Source: the human T2T-CHM13v2.0 reference genome, Homo sapiens
Length of the DNA stretch: 64,000 bases
Reading direction: 5' to 3' (one strand)
Assembly: GCF_009914755.1 (NCBI RefSeq)
Contig: NC_060929.1
Within the stretch, counting starts at the first letter, position 1, and the number at the start of each line of letters is the position of its first letter. The translations under genes and the position numbers were made by a program. The notes under the pieces are model-generated. The model was not told the origin of the DNA, did not search any database, and was given only the letters and a program-made list of their open reading frames with translations. Below, one piece after another: positions 36,601-50,385 of this stretch.

Positions 36601-39600
36601 TGTGCATGGAACATTTTCTAAAATTGACCACATGCTTCGTCATAAAGCAAGTCCCAATAAATTCAAAATAACTGAAATCATATAAAGCATCTTCTGGGAC
36701 CACAGTGGAATTAAATTAGAAATAAATATCAAGAGGAACTCTCAAAACCATACAAGTACACGGAAACTAAAAAGTCTTGTTTCCGAAGAACTTTGGGTAA
36801 ACAACAAAGTTAAGATGGAAATAAAAAAAATTTTTGACACAAATAAAAATAGAGAGAAAACATACCCGAACCTCTGGAATACAGCAAAAGCAGTGGTAAG
36901 AGGAAAGTTTGTAGTAATAAATGCCTACATCAGAAAGATACAAAGGTCCCCAATTAACAACCTAACATGACACCCAAAACAAGCAAAACAAGAACAAACC
37001 AAACCTAAAGTTAGCAGAAGAAAAGAAATAACAAAGGTTAGAGCAGAACTAAATGAAATTTAGAGCAAAAAAATTATGCAAAGGATCAACAAAATGAACA
37101 GTTGTTTCTTCAAAAGGATAAACAGAATTGATAGACCAGCAGCTAGATTAACCAAGAAAAAAAGAGAGAAGGTTCAAATAAGCACAATATCAAATGACCA
37201 GGGTGACGTTACAACTGAAACTACAAAAGATCAAAAGGAATACAAAAGTTCCTCAGAGACTATTATGAACATCTCCATGCACACAAATTAGAAAATGCAG
37301 AGGAAACAGATAATTTCCTGGAAACACGCAACCTTCCAAGACTGAACCAGGAAGATATTGAAATCCCTTACAAAACAATGAGTAATGAAATATAATCAGT
37401 AATAAAAAATCTACCAACCAAATAAAAGCCCTCAATTCTACCAGATGCTCAAAGAAGAGCTGATACCAGTTTTACTAAAACTATTCCATAAAATTGAGTA
37501 GGAGGTATTTCTATCTAATTCATTCTATAAAACCAGTGTCATCCTGATACCAAAATCTGACAGGGACACAACAACAACAATAAAAACTACAGGTCAATAG
37601 CCCTAATGAACATAGACACAAAAACTGTCAACAAAATACTAGCAAGCCAAATCCAGCAGCACCACAAAAGGTAATTCATCACAATCCATTTGGGTTTTAT
37701 TTCTGGGATGCAAAGATGATTTCCACATACACGAATCAATAAGTGTGATGCACCACATAAACAGAATAAGAACAAAAACCATATGATTATCTCAGTAGAA
37801 GCAGAAAAAGCACGTCATAAAATCCAACATTTTTTCATGATAAAAACTCTCAACAAACCAGGCATTGAGGAAACATATCTCAAAATAACAAAACAAATTT
37901 ATGACAAACCCATAGCTAACATCACACTGAATGGGCACAGTTAGAAGCATTTCCCCTACAAACTGGAACAAGACAGATGTCCACTCTTACCACTTCTATT
38001 CAACATAGGAGTCCTAGCCAGAGCAATCAGGCAACAGAAAGAAACAAAAAGTATCCAAGTAGGAAAAAAAGGAAGCCAAATTATCTCTATTCACTGACAA
38101 CGTGATCCAATAGCTAGAAAGCCCTAAAGATTCTGGCAAAAGGTTCCTAGACCTGATAAATGAATTCAGTGAAGTTTCAGGATAGAAGATCAATGTACAC
38201 AAGTCAGTAGCATTTCTATACACCAATAATGTTCAAGCTGGGAACAAAAGTAAGAACTCAATCCCATTTACAATAGCCACACACAAAAAATCAAAATACC
38301 TAGGAATACATTTAACCAAAGAGGTAAAAGATCTCTACAAGGAGAATTACAAAACACTGTTGAAAGAAGTCACAGATGACATAAATGAATGGAAAAACAT
38401 TCCATGCTCATGACTTGGAAGAATCAATATCATTAAAATGACCATACTGCCCAAAGCAATCTATAGATTCATCAGAATTCCTATCAAATTACCAATGTCA
38501 TTTTTCATGGAATTAGAAAAAAAAATTCTAAAATGTATATGGAACCAAAAAAGAGCCTGAATATCCAAAGCAATCCTAAGCAAAAAGAACAAAGCTGGAA
38601 GTATCACATTACATGACTTCCAACTATACTACAAGGCTATAATAACCAAAGCAGCACGGCACTGCTACAAAAATAAACACATAGATCAATGGAACAGAAT
38701 AGAGAACCCAGAAATAAAGCCACACACCCACAACCAACTGATCTTCAAAAAATTCAACAAAAATAAGCAATGGGGAAAGAACACTCTATTTGATAAATAG
38801 CGCTGGGAAAACTGGCTAGCCACATACAGAAGAATGAAACTGGACCCTTATCTCTCATCATATATAAAAATTTATTCAAGATGGATTAAAGACTTAAATG
38901 GAAAACCTCAAACTAGAAAAATCCTAGAAGAAACCCTAGGAAAAACTGTTCTGGATATTGACTTATGCAAATAATTTAAGGTGAAGACTTCAAAAGCAAA
39001 TGCAACAAAAACAAAAATAGACAAATGGGACTTAAGCTAAAGAGCTTCTGTACGGCAAAAGAAACAGTCAACAGAGTAGACAGACAACCTATGGAATGGG
39101 AGAAAATATTTGCAATTTATGCATCCAACAAAAGACTAATATCCAGAATCTATAAGGAACTTTAAAAAATCAACAAGAAAAATATAAATAACTCCATTAA
39201 AAAGTGGGCAAAAGACATGAACAGATACTTCTCAAAGGAAGATATACAAGTGACCAATAACCATTTGAAAAATGCTCAACATCACTAATCATCAAAGAAA
39301 TGCAAATTAAAATCACAATAAGATGCCATCTCACACCAGTCAGAATGACTATTATTAAAAGGTCAAAAAATAACAGATGTTGGCAAAGACGTGGAGAAAA
39401 GGGAACACTCATACCCTGTTGGTGGGAATATAAATTAGTACAATCTCTACGGAAAATAGCATGGAAATTTCTCAAAGAACTAAAAATAAAGCTTCCATTT
39501 GACCTAACAATCTTACTACTGGCCATCTACCCGAAGGAAAAATAAATTATATATTTAAAAAAACCTGCATTTATATGTTTATCACAGCACTGTTTACAAT

Positions 39601-40041
39601 AGCAAAGGCATGGAATCAACCTAAGTGTCCATCAGCAGTGAATTGGATAAGGAAAATGTGTACATATATTACATGGAATACTGTGCAGCCATAAAAAGAA
39701 TGAAACCATGTTCTTTGCAGCAACACGGATGCAGCTAGAGGCAATTATCTTAAGTGAACTAATGAAGAAACAGAAAACCACATACCACATGTTCTCACTT
39801 ATAAGTGGGAGCAATATAATAGCTACACATGGTCATATAGGTGGGAACAACAGACAACAGGAACTCCAAAAATATGTAGGAAGAAAGAGGAGTGAGGGCT
39901 GAAAAACTACTTATTGGGTACTATGTTCACTATTTGGGTAATAGGTTCACTAGAAGCCCAAACACCAGTATTATACAATACAATCATGTAACAAACCTGC
40001 ATATGTACCTCTTGAATGTGTAATTAAAAAATATATATATA
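33697..40041 (+). mobile_element. Near full-length L1PB (~6.3 kb), antisense to MCTP1, inserted in a MIR; ORF1 (~34980-35960) and ORF2 (~36016-39780) disrupted
   Basis: 5'UTR caagatagctgaccagagac; EN fragment LDLNWTFDQMDLPDIYR...HGTFSKIDHML; C-terminal [20 protein letters not shown]; L1PB-type 3'UTR; candidate TSD cttgtgaa. Confidence 0.93.
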
Positions 40042-41214
40042 CTTGTGAAAATTTAAAGAAATAATGTAATTGAAAGTGTTTATAAAAGAGTTGAGTGATT
40101 TACAAAGTAGGTTCTTCCTGCTTTTTTCAAATCATATATTATGCATATAGTACTGCTAATGTTCATTAATGGTTAATCAGACATTAGAAAGAAGATAACA
40201 GATTATGCTTGGGTTAACTCGTAGGCTTTTAGTACTCTTGTATTACTTAATGACTGTTATCTTTCCTATTTCACCAAAATAATATTTATTGGACCTGAGA
40301 ACAAGACAGATTTTATTTGTATTAACTCATCTGACCTTTTGTCTTTTTGTGAGTTCCCAAACATACTGTTTCTCCCCAAAGAAATTCAAATGTCATGAAA
40401 AAGTGCATAGCTACCAGTGAGTAAAACAACTCTCAGAGGGATAGTCTTGTCAGAAATAGGCATACTGCACTAACTTGTTAGTTGCTGTTACCTTCCTTGC
40501 CATAAATGCTTCTGTTAACAAATGTTTCAATAGATCAAGACCAGTTGTATTTCCAAAATTTGGGCAACATATATGGGAAAACATTTTATTTAATACTTGA
40601 ATTTTTGAGATTATAACAATTTCAAAGAGGGAAGCTCGTGTAGCAGATGCTTTGCTTGATGCTAAACATTTGGGATTTTGCTGAAGAATCCTTCTACTGC
40701 TTCTATGGATTTACGTCTACAAAACAGGCAACCACAGATCCTCAACAGCTCTTATGAAACCGAAACAAAGAAGCCTCTGTATTAGACTTAAGCACATAGC
40801 TCTACTTCTCTTGGAATAACTCTATAGTGTTCCCCTTTTTCCCCGCGGATTACAAATTGCTTTGTATCTGAGTTTCCTCGTCAGAACCCTAATCTTTATT
40901 TCAAAGGTAACTTCAGGAAAACCCAAAGAACCAAAGGAATATTTTAGTGTTTCTATCACATATCAACTTTTTAAATGTCATATCAATCCTACCCATAAAA
41001 TTAATTAGGTATCTTTAAAAAGAATGTGAAAAATATCTAGATAGAATGAATGTACTACTTCTTTTATTCCAACACTTGATTTTCTTTGGAGAAAACCATG
41101 GGGATTATAGTTTTTCTGAATAGGAAATTAGCAAATCTTAGAAATCAATTTCCAACCTCGCACACTCCTTCCCATATTCAAGGTTACCCTACCCTTATCC
41201 AGAATTTCATTCTT

Positions 41215-41245
41215 TCACTCACTCACTCACTCACTCACTCACTCA
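41215..41245. repeat. (TCAC)n microsatellite, probably an L2 tail
   Basis: tcactcactcac... tandem array. Confidence 0.85.
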
Positions 41246-41898
41246 TTTTTTAATCCCATATTGGATACCCAGCACAAATTAATATTACAGAAAACACAGA
41301 AAGATGTTTGGATACATTCTTTGCCTTCAAAGACTATCATAGAGACAGTTTTGCATGTGAAGTTTAAATGCCAACATGGAAAAACATGACAACAGGAGTT
41401 TCATGGCAGTAAATCAGAAGTCCTCCACCTCCTTCAACCTGCCTCTTCTTTTTGTTCTGAATTTGGGTTTGAAGCATCTTTTGGAATGATCATACACCTA
41501 GACTAGAAAACCCAACAATTACACCTGGACCCCCAGGGCGTAGCCATCAAGTCCTGTCAATTATATTCTGGAAATATTTCTTTAACTGTTCACTGAGTCA
41601 TTTAAAATGGTTCTTATGGAGTATTTCGAATGATGTGGGCAAATGCTTAGGAAAAAGCAACGAGGTGAAAAGTAGGATGCAAAACTGCATACATAATATT
41701 AACCAGGTTAAATCTACCTATGCATTGCCAAAAAGACAGGAAGGAAATATAACAACATGTTAACGTGAGCTATTATATAACAAGGAAATTAAGGGCAATT
41801 TTATTTTCTTCCTACTTTTTAGAAGTTTTCCAATTTTCTGTAGATGTGTAGTATATATTGGTCTAATAATGTAGAGACTTAAAAATAAAAAATAACAT

Positions 41899-42210
41899 GG
41901 CCAGGTGCAGTGGCTAACGTCTGTAATCCCAGCACTTTGAGAGGCCAAGGCAGGTGGATCACTTGATGTCAGGAGTTTGAGATCGGCCTGGCAAACACAG
42001 TGAAACCCCATCTCTACTAACAATACAGAAAATTAGCTGGGCACAGTGGCAGGCACCTATAATCCCAGCTACTCGGGAGGCTGAGGCTGAGGGAGAATCG
42101 CGTGAACCCATGAGGCGGAGGTTGCAGTGAGCCGAGTTCACGCCATTGCACTTTTGGGCAACAAGAGTGAAACTCTGTCTCAAAAAAACAAAAACAAAAA
42201 CAAAACAACA
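41899..42210 (+). mobile_element. AluSq/Sp-like
   Basis: gggcaacaagagtgaaactctgtctc diagnostic end. Confidence 0.92.
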
Positions 42211-42624
42211 ACAACCACCACCACCTACTTATTCTCTGCTGTTTCTATCCTTTGATGACTGTGTTAAAGATACTATGGAATAGAGTTTCAGAAACTTGCT
42301 TTGATTCTACAAATACCATCATATGGGGCATAGCATGTCAATGTGCCATTCTCATTTACATATGAGTTTAAAACAAAACTCACGTGTATTTTATCCTTTC
42401 AAACATTCGAACAATCTCATGGTCACAGGTGCACAGCTGTGGATGGAGTAGGATCTCATACACTCAGTTGTGCGAATAGCAAGTTATTCCTTCCAGGTAT
42501 AACTAAAACATGAACATGGAATTAATCATGGAGCCTGGCACAAAGTATCCTTCAGTGAATATTGTGATTTATTTTCATTGTTTACCATTTTTGTAAATTC
42601 TGGTTGGAGAAGTTATTAAAAAGT

Positions 42625-42920
42625 TTTCAAGAAACAAAATAAATAGCATAGTATTGGATTACAACCCAAAGAATAAAATATATATCCATGATAATATACC
42701 AATATAAATAAATAATTTGAATGCATAAATAAGTAAACAGGGGATAACAGACAAATCTATAGTGCAGAAGAACTCAGAATAATTGGTGTAGATGCTCCTC
42801 CTCAAGGAGAGAGAGCACCACTCCCCATCCTCAAGTGTGGGCTGTGTGTAATGATTTCCTTCAACAGAGTTCAGTGGATGGAGAGGGAAAGAGTAACCAG
42901 AGAAACCTGACAAACTACAT
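42625..42920 (+). mobile_element. L1MD/MC 3' fragment
   Basis: acagacaaatctatagtgcagaagaactcagaataatt...ctccccatcctcaagtgtgggctg. Confidence 0.7.
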
Positions 42921-44466
42921 CATGGAAGGCATATTAGTGATAAATGAGCCTAACTCTCTTCACCATCCCTTTTCCCTCCCCCATTTCACAGATGAAAAAA
43001 CTGAAGGTGATGTATTTAAGGGACACATTTATGCAGTGTTTACGTTTAACCAAAATAATTCTTTAGTACTGCTGATAAAACCTTTTTAATTCCAGGTAGC
43101 TCTGAGAAAGATGTGGTCACCAGTGACCACACATTAGGCTATAAGTCATGAGGCTTGAGATTTTCTTCCAACACCTTCGTAAAACTAACTTTACTGCCTC
43201 AAGCAAATAACTTACCCTCTTCGACCCTCAATTCCTCATCTGTAGTAAAGGAGGCTGATCTATAATACTTCCACATTTCCTTCTTGCTTTCAAAAGAAAA
43301 GAAAGCAGGTTCTGGTAGTTTTTTTTTTTCTCTTCAAATCCATCACTCAGTAGCTTGGGTTCTCACCCTTAAAAATGGGGATAAAAATAGCACATACCTA
43401 ACAGAATTTTTGTGAAGATTAAACAGAATAATACATGTGAAACACTTAGTATCCTATGGTAAAAATAAAATATTTAGACCTTGCCTTTGTACTTTCAAAA
43501 TGATAGTCTAATTATAGATAAGAACCTAAATTTGATTGTTCAAAAAACAGATTAGTATCTAATTGAGACTTTAAGACACGTTCATAAAGGAAGTGCTTTA
43601 AAGGAGAAAAGTTCTGGATAGTTGTTGGAAGTGGTTTTCAGGGATAAATATTGACATTTCTTCATTTTTGCAGCTCTTTAGAACTCTTCATCCATTAACT
43701 GAAATGCTCTCACCTGAGTGCAAGTGTGTGCGAAAAGTGTGTCATTAATTATTCATACTTACAGTGGGGGAAGGGGGTTGTGGGCTGAGGCATAAATAAT
43801 AATGATTAAAGAAGGCCAACAAATCAAAAATACATTTGTAACTCCTTTTGAAATATGCTTTTATGCTTGTTTGTGAGATTTAAAATTCTAAAATATCTGT
43901 ACCACAGGATGAGAATTTTATTTACTCAGTAAACAAGTCTGTGATAGAGAAAGGTGTCTCACAAGGGTTTTCCATACATAAATAAAATCTATTGAATTAA
44001 TAAATGTGAAAGCAGGATCTGCTATAGATAAAATGTAAGTCCCAGAAATTATCAAAAGTTGACGTAGGAGCTAAGCAAATACAATGCAAAAAAATGCTTA
44101 GCTTATTCAGTTAACTGATATTGTTTAAGTATTCCAAAGACATTGCTAGAACAAAGTGAACAGGAGTTTATGAGTCTTCTCAGTACCGTTTGCAAAAAAA
44201 AAAAAAAAAAAAAAAGAAAGATCTAAACTGCCAAAACTTGAGGACTATCACACGAGTAGATAACACTAGGTGTCACTGCTAATTTTTTAAAACTTCCTCA
44301 TAACAGCATTAAACTGCTACTATAAGATTGTCAAATGTTTCTTAGTAACCAGTATTCACTCTGGGAGCTTCATCTAATTAATTACAGAAAAATATACAAT
44401 TCATCTTGGCATGTGAGGTCCCCCCTGCCTGCTGAAATTGTTCTGCTTCTAACAAATTTTAAAGAA

Positions 44467-44777
44467 GGCTGGGCATGATGGCTCATGCCTGTAATCCTGG
44501 CACTTTGGAAGGCCGTGGCAGGCAGATCACCTGAGGTCAGGAGTTTGAGACAAGCCTGGCCAACATGGTGAAACCCTGTCTCTACTAAATATACAAAAAA
44601 ATTAGCCAGGCATGGTGGTTCACACTTGTAATTCCAGCTACTTGGGAGACTGAGACACCAGAATCGCTTGAACCTGAGAGGCGGAAGGTTGCAGCAAGCT
44701 GAGATGGTGCTACTGCACTCCAGCCTTGGCGACATAGTATGTATGACTCTGTCTCAAAAAAAAAAAAAAAGAAAGAA
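44467..44777 (+). mobile_element. AluSx/Sz
   Basis: Full dimer with gatcacctgaggtcaggag and A tail. Confidence 0.93.
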
Positions 44778-44924
44778 ATTTTAAAGAAGATTTTTTGGGC
44801 TAAGTGCTCCCTGAGCCCATCCAAGGGCACAGATTAACTTCCGGATAACTGCCTGGGAAGTAAACAGCCCTCTTGACAGTGCCTGGATAAAATGAACAAG
44901 GTGGTAACACACCTTCCTATCCAT

Positions 44925-45430
44925 GTGTTTCTACCTTTCCATGTCCAAACAGACCCCAGTTTCCTCTTCATAACTGATGTGGTTGTGAGGAAGCTGACTT
45001 GCCCCCTAGCTCGAGGGGTGGAAAACAGCACAAAGATCAAGCCAATCTAACCCCCTGGCCACAGTGACTGATTCAGGGTTGGGTATGTGACCTAAGCTCT
45101 TTCAATCAGGGTAAATCTTGGGACTTGGTTGAGAATGCTGGAACACAAGGGCTCAATCTTTCCTCCTGGGTGAGAATGAGAAAACATGTAGGTAGGTAGC
45201 TGTGGGAGTTGGCAGCCATCTTGGGTTTAAGAATGGGGTAATTTAGAAGGCTAATAATAGTGGAGGCTGGGTGGAGAGACAGAAGTACACTAGATTCTTG
45301 TGACTTTTGGTTGAGCCATTGAGTTAGCCTCTGGATTTTCTGGTTATAGGATCCAATAGATTCCCTTTATAATTTAAGTCAGTTCGAGTTTTTTTTTGTT
45401 ACTTGCAACCCAAAGCAACCCAATTATGAA
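44925..45430 (+). mobile_element. MLT1K/L-like LTR
   Basis: ggccacagtgactgattcagggttgggtatgtgaccta...ggcagccatcttg...ttacttgcaacccaaagca. Confidence 0.7.
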
Positions 45431-46864
45431 ATAGCTAACACTGATGGAACACAAATTTTGTCTGAATTGTTTCACACAACAAACCTAAGAAATAATTATG
45501 CTTATCATACTACTTTTACAGATGTGGAAACTGAAGATTAGAGAGGTTGTATAACTTCCTTCAGCTGGGAAACAGTGAAATGAGATTCAAACTATTCTGT
45601 CTAATGCCAAAAGCCCATGCTCTGAAAAAAAAAAAAAAAAAAAAGAAAAAAGAAAAAGAAAGTAAATTAGGTACCTGAAACTATATGGTAATTTTAACTT
45701 GTCAGCCCTAATTATATAATTTCACTTAGCTATAAGTTCATATCAAAAAGAAAGGGTTGATTGTAGTTAAGGAAAAAGTACTTTAAACGTTTAATATCAA
45801 AAGTTTTTAAACACACATCGATCTAGAACCTTTCTCATGAGAAAGATACATTTCCCTGTGTTGTATTACTTACTTCAAGTAATTTGGAGGGCATTTTTTG
45901 GCTTCTAATCAAATGTCTTTGGTGTAATCAACTAAAACTAATTAGCTGGATAGTATTTTAGGATACAGGCCTTGTTCAACATATATAAAACTCTGGGGTT
46001 TATAATTAGTAAATAGAATATAGTCATACATACTGCCTTTATATCAGTTAATGTAATATGGAAATAATATATAGCTTTCTCCATCCCAGAAGTTGTAGGA
46101 AAAATATTCCCCAAGGAAGTAGCATATTTTAATTGTAAAAATGTTTTGTTATTCCAAAGATTAACATACACTTCTTCATTTTACAGGAGAATATTATTCA
46201 TTTCTTTTATTGAAGCTTGTTTCCAACTCCGCATCCTTCAACTGAATCTGCCCCGTTTCTCAGTGTGAGTTGAAAAGACAGAACTCTGCCTGTGAGCTCA
46301 GCATCTCACTTTCTACAGAAATTCAAGTTCAAAGTGCAAAAGTCTGAAGACTTTGGATCTTGTTTTCTCAAACTTACTGCTTCATCACTGAAATGTTAGA
46401 CCAGCTGCTTTTGCTGGTTCAGTGTAGTCGTTTGAAAAGTCCCCAGTTATGTATAATTGGCATATTCACACACATTTTAATAGCCAGTGGCCTGTTTTTC
46501 CAATGCCGGTAAGGAAGTATTTATTTATACAACCAAAGCAAATAGTATTAGGCATATTTACCGGGCAAATGAATGTATTAGGTTACAGTGAAGTGAGTGT
46601 CAAGTACACACTTTAAAGAGGGTGCAAACACTTGGCAATTTAAACTGCTCTATATGAAACCATCAGGACTGAGCAATAAACATGCTACCAGAAAACAGCG
46701 GAAGATGCAGAAAGTTATTGTCTTTTTGTCATGGTTTATGGATAGTGATAAGCAAGCAAAACAACGGCGTTAACAAACCAATAGCCTGATACATCATCTT
46801 CTTAAAAACCAGTGCTTACACATATAGTTGGGAATGTCATGTGCAGAATTCCCAGTAATGTTTA

Positions 46865-47480
46865 TATCAGGGTGTCATTTCTTTGAAATACATGCATTGG
46901 CTGCATACTCTAAACAATATACAAAAGTAAAGTGAAAAGTAAGATTTTCAGTCTTGCATTCAAATGCCAGTGCTTGTCTCCAAAGGTAACCACCATTAAC
47001 AGGCACATACCCTTTTACAGAATGTACAGCTATAGGAATGAACATACGGTATACACTGTCAATCACCTTGCCTTTCTCATTTAGTAACACCTTGGTGATC
47101 TTCTGATGTCAATACATTCAGCTCTACCTCAAACTGTCTAAAAGACACTTAGTATTCTATTGAATGTATATATCTACCATAATTTATTTAATCTGATTTT
47201 CATTACATTTAGATTTCTAGTCCCCCCACCCCTTTTATACTATTATAAACAATGTGGCAAGGAATTTTGTCTTATGTAGATCTTGGTGTACATTTCTGTA
47301 TCTAATGAGTAAATTCTAATCACTAAATTTGCTAGGCCAAAGGATTCTATGTTTTCAATTTTGAGAGATCTTGTCAAATCACCAATCTTCCAAAAATATC
47401 CCACCAGCTTACATTCCTACGGACAGTGAGTGAGTTTCCCATACAGCTGCCAAGAACATATTATCAGATATTTATAATAA
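46865..47480 (-). mobile_element. L1ME-type 3' fragment
   Basis: ccaaaggtaaccaccattaaca...ccataatttatttaa...ccagcttacattcctac. Confidence 0.6.
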
Positions 47481-48699
47481 GTCAGTCTTCCACAGAGGGT
47501 CACATTTAACAATGCATAGTTCAAAATCTAAACAAGAAATTTTATTATTTGCATTTCTAAAACATTTTAGAATTTAGTCCAATTTATAATCTGGTATTAA
47601 CACTTCTCAAAATTGCCTTTCTCTCCCTCCAAAACTCCTTTTGCCCTGATCCTCTCATATGTTAACCCTTACTAAGCAGTACTTCCCACTAAGACCAGGG
47701 CTGTCCTCTAGCTCAGCCAGCAAGGTTTCCTCTTTCTTGAAGCCCATGTGACTTCCTCCCTAACCCCACCCTGACTCCCAATCCCCTGATTATATCATTC
47801 TGCTTAGCCTTTTTTCCTTCTCTTTTCTGCTGCAGTTGTAGAGAAGAGGGAGAAATGGAGCATGAAAATATTGCAAATCCAGGGTGAGGAGTCATGAAAA
47901 CTCACACCTTTAACATTGTTGATTTGCTTTCCATATAAATTTTAAAACATTTGCCATTCTGATGGAATAAAACAGATGCCTTAATTACTAGTGAGACTGT
48001 CTTTCCTGTCTATTTGCCATTAATCTGTATTTCCCGTGAACTGCCTGGGCATATTCTCAACTCATTTTTATTTTATGTTAAGCAATTTTTAAGTGGTTAG
48101 TACGTGCCCTTTGTAAATTAATGGGATTAGTAAAGGCTGCATTCTAAAGGGCTTGGCCTACGGGGATGGAGCAGGAACCAGAGAGTATAGCTTTGGAGTG
48201 CTTCTGACAGGCATTCTCTCCATTTCCAGCTCTGCCTGCTAAGCACTGTATGCTCACACACCAGCTTTTCATGGAATGTCTTTTTGCAGGAGCAAATTAG
48301 CTAGATTTTTTTCTGTGCAATAAAATTTAGTGTTCTCAAAAAAAGAAGAATGTGGTGTAGGAGTATGGACTTCCTATCCTTCTCTGCACATGGGTGAGAT
48401 GGTTCTGGGCCCTACAGGGAAAACAACCCATCCAAGTACTTTGTTGTCCTTGTTGAGGGTGTATGTCATGGAATGAAGTTCTAGGAGGACCTCCTCAGAA
48501 GTTAAGTCCACAGAAAGGGACTCTAGAGAGAGGAGAATGGAAGAAGCAATGGAACGAATTTCTTTTCACCTATAAAATCCAGCTGGCATTCTGCCATGTG
48601 CTGCCACAGGAAAAAAGCAGGACAAGTGTCCTGGCTTTTTCTCTCTTTCTGGCAGGCAGCAGAGGAAGAGCAGTTCTGCTCAACAGAACAGAGGGCACT

Positions 48700-49795
48700 G
48701 ACTTTTTTCTCTAAATGTTGCCCATTTCCCACGATGTGATCTTCAGTCCTTTTGCTCATTTATCTTCACACTTAGCCCCTGTAGATCAATTGAGTAGATC
48801 AATTTCCAGAGCTTTAGGTAGCACCTGTTCTCTAGGTCTGGGATGCTTCTCTCTGCTTACTTGACCTTTCTACTTGGATGTCTCAGAGGCAACTTAAATT
48901 CAACATGTCCAGATCTAATCTCTTCTTTTGCCCCCACATCTGTTTCCACTTTGACCTCCCTCTGTCCTTTAACCCAGGCAAAGCATTCCCCAGCCATTCA
49001 GTTGCTCAGCACCATCTTCCTCTTCCTTTCCCCCTCAACCTTCTCATGAGACCCATCAGAAGTGTACCCTTCAACTACACTTGCAAAACGTGTCTTCACT
49101 CTGTCCTCTTTTTCCCATACCCATCCCCAGACCCCCTAGTCCGAGCCCCCGTCATCCCTAACGTGAATCAGGGCAGCAGACTTCTAAGTGATGATCCTCC
49201 TTTTGCTCTTATTCCTCTTAAATTCAGTCTCCCACAAGCAGCTGAAGTGATCGTCAAGCATCAAAATGACTACGTCAATCTCCTGCCTAAAACTTTTTAG
49301 TGAACTTCCATACACTGAAAACTCCCTACTGTAGCTCACAAAGCCCTACACAATCTGTATCACCAACTTCTCCAATTTCACCTCCAGCTACCTTCCCCCT
49401 CACTACACTAGCCACATCAGCCTTGTGTGAGTTTCTTGAATGTGCTAAACTCTTGTCCACTAGGAACTTTATACTTTTATCTGGAAGCTTCTTACCCAGG
49501 CTATTGGCAGGACTAGCTCCTTCTCATCCTGGAGCTCTCAGCTCATGTTACCTCCTCCAAGAAGCCTTCCCTCATGCCCATCTAAAGAGTTCTTCATTAG
49601 TTTATTCTTTACCACAGCAACCTGCTGTTTCCTTATCACAGTTTGGAAATACCATATTTATAAGTTGACTTGGTTTTAATGAATTTTATGTCTGTGTGGT
49701 ACAACCTGGTAACTTCTGCTTTTAGACTAGTGCTTGGCACAAAGATAGTCAATAAACATTTGCTGACTGACTGACTTGCTGAATAAATGAATGAA
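48700..49795 (+). mobile_element. L2 3' ~1.1 kb with tail
   Basis: cttggatgtctcagaggcaacttaaattcaacatgtcc ... tagtgcttggcacaaagatagtcaataaacatttgctgactga...tgaatgaa. Confidence 0.85.
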
Positions 49796-50144
49796 GAACA
49801 GTTCCTAGAGTCGATGAAAGCTAGAGGCCTAGGGCTTAGAGAGACGAAAACATAGTTTAAGAAGGGAACAAAAGCCTAGGCAATTGGTGAAGTGTCTCAG
49901 AATTTAGTGAACTTGAATCATGTCAGTCAATATAATCAGTGAAAGGGGTCTGGCGTCAGTGGTTATGTGTGAGCCAAAGGGAGTCAAAAGCTATGGTGAC
50001 CTTATCATTGGATACGGAATTTGTACTTAGTATGCAAACATACACCAAAAATGTGATATATGGTTACATCATAATTTCTGACATTTAAAGTTCTCAAAAT
50101 AACCTCAAGATAAGAGTGCTCCTTCTGTATTTCAGAAATAGTTT

Positions 50145-50385
50145 ACTACAGTAGATAAGAATATCACTCTGTAGCCAGACTGCTTGAGTTTGAATCCTGG
50201 CTCTGATATTTTCTTAGAAAGTGGGAAAGTGGCTGAACCTCTTCATACCTCAGCTTTCCCTTCTGTGAAATGGAGATAATAATGGGTCATGCTTCATTGG
50301 GCTCTGAGAATTTAATGAGTTCATAATTGAAAGTGCTTATAACAGTGTCAAGGACTTACTATAACACTATAGAAATGTTAGCTAA
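50145..50385 (+). mobile_element. MIR
   Basis: gccagactgcttgagtttgaatcctggctctg...cctcagctttcccttctgtgaaatggagataata. Confidence 0.85.
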
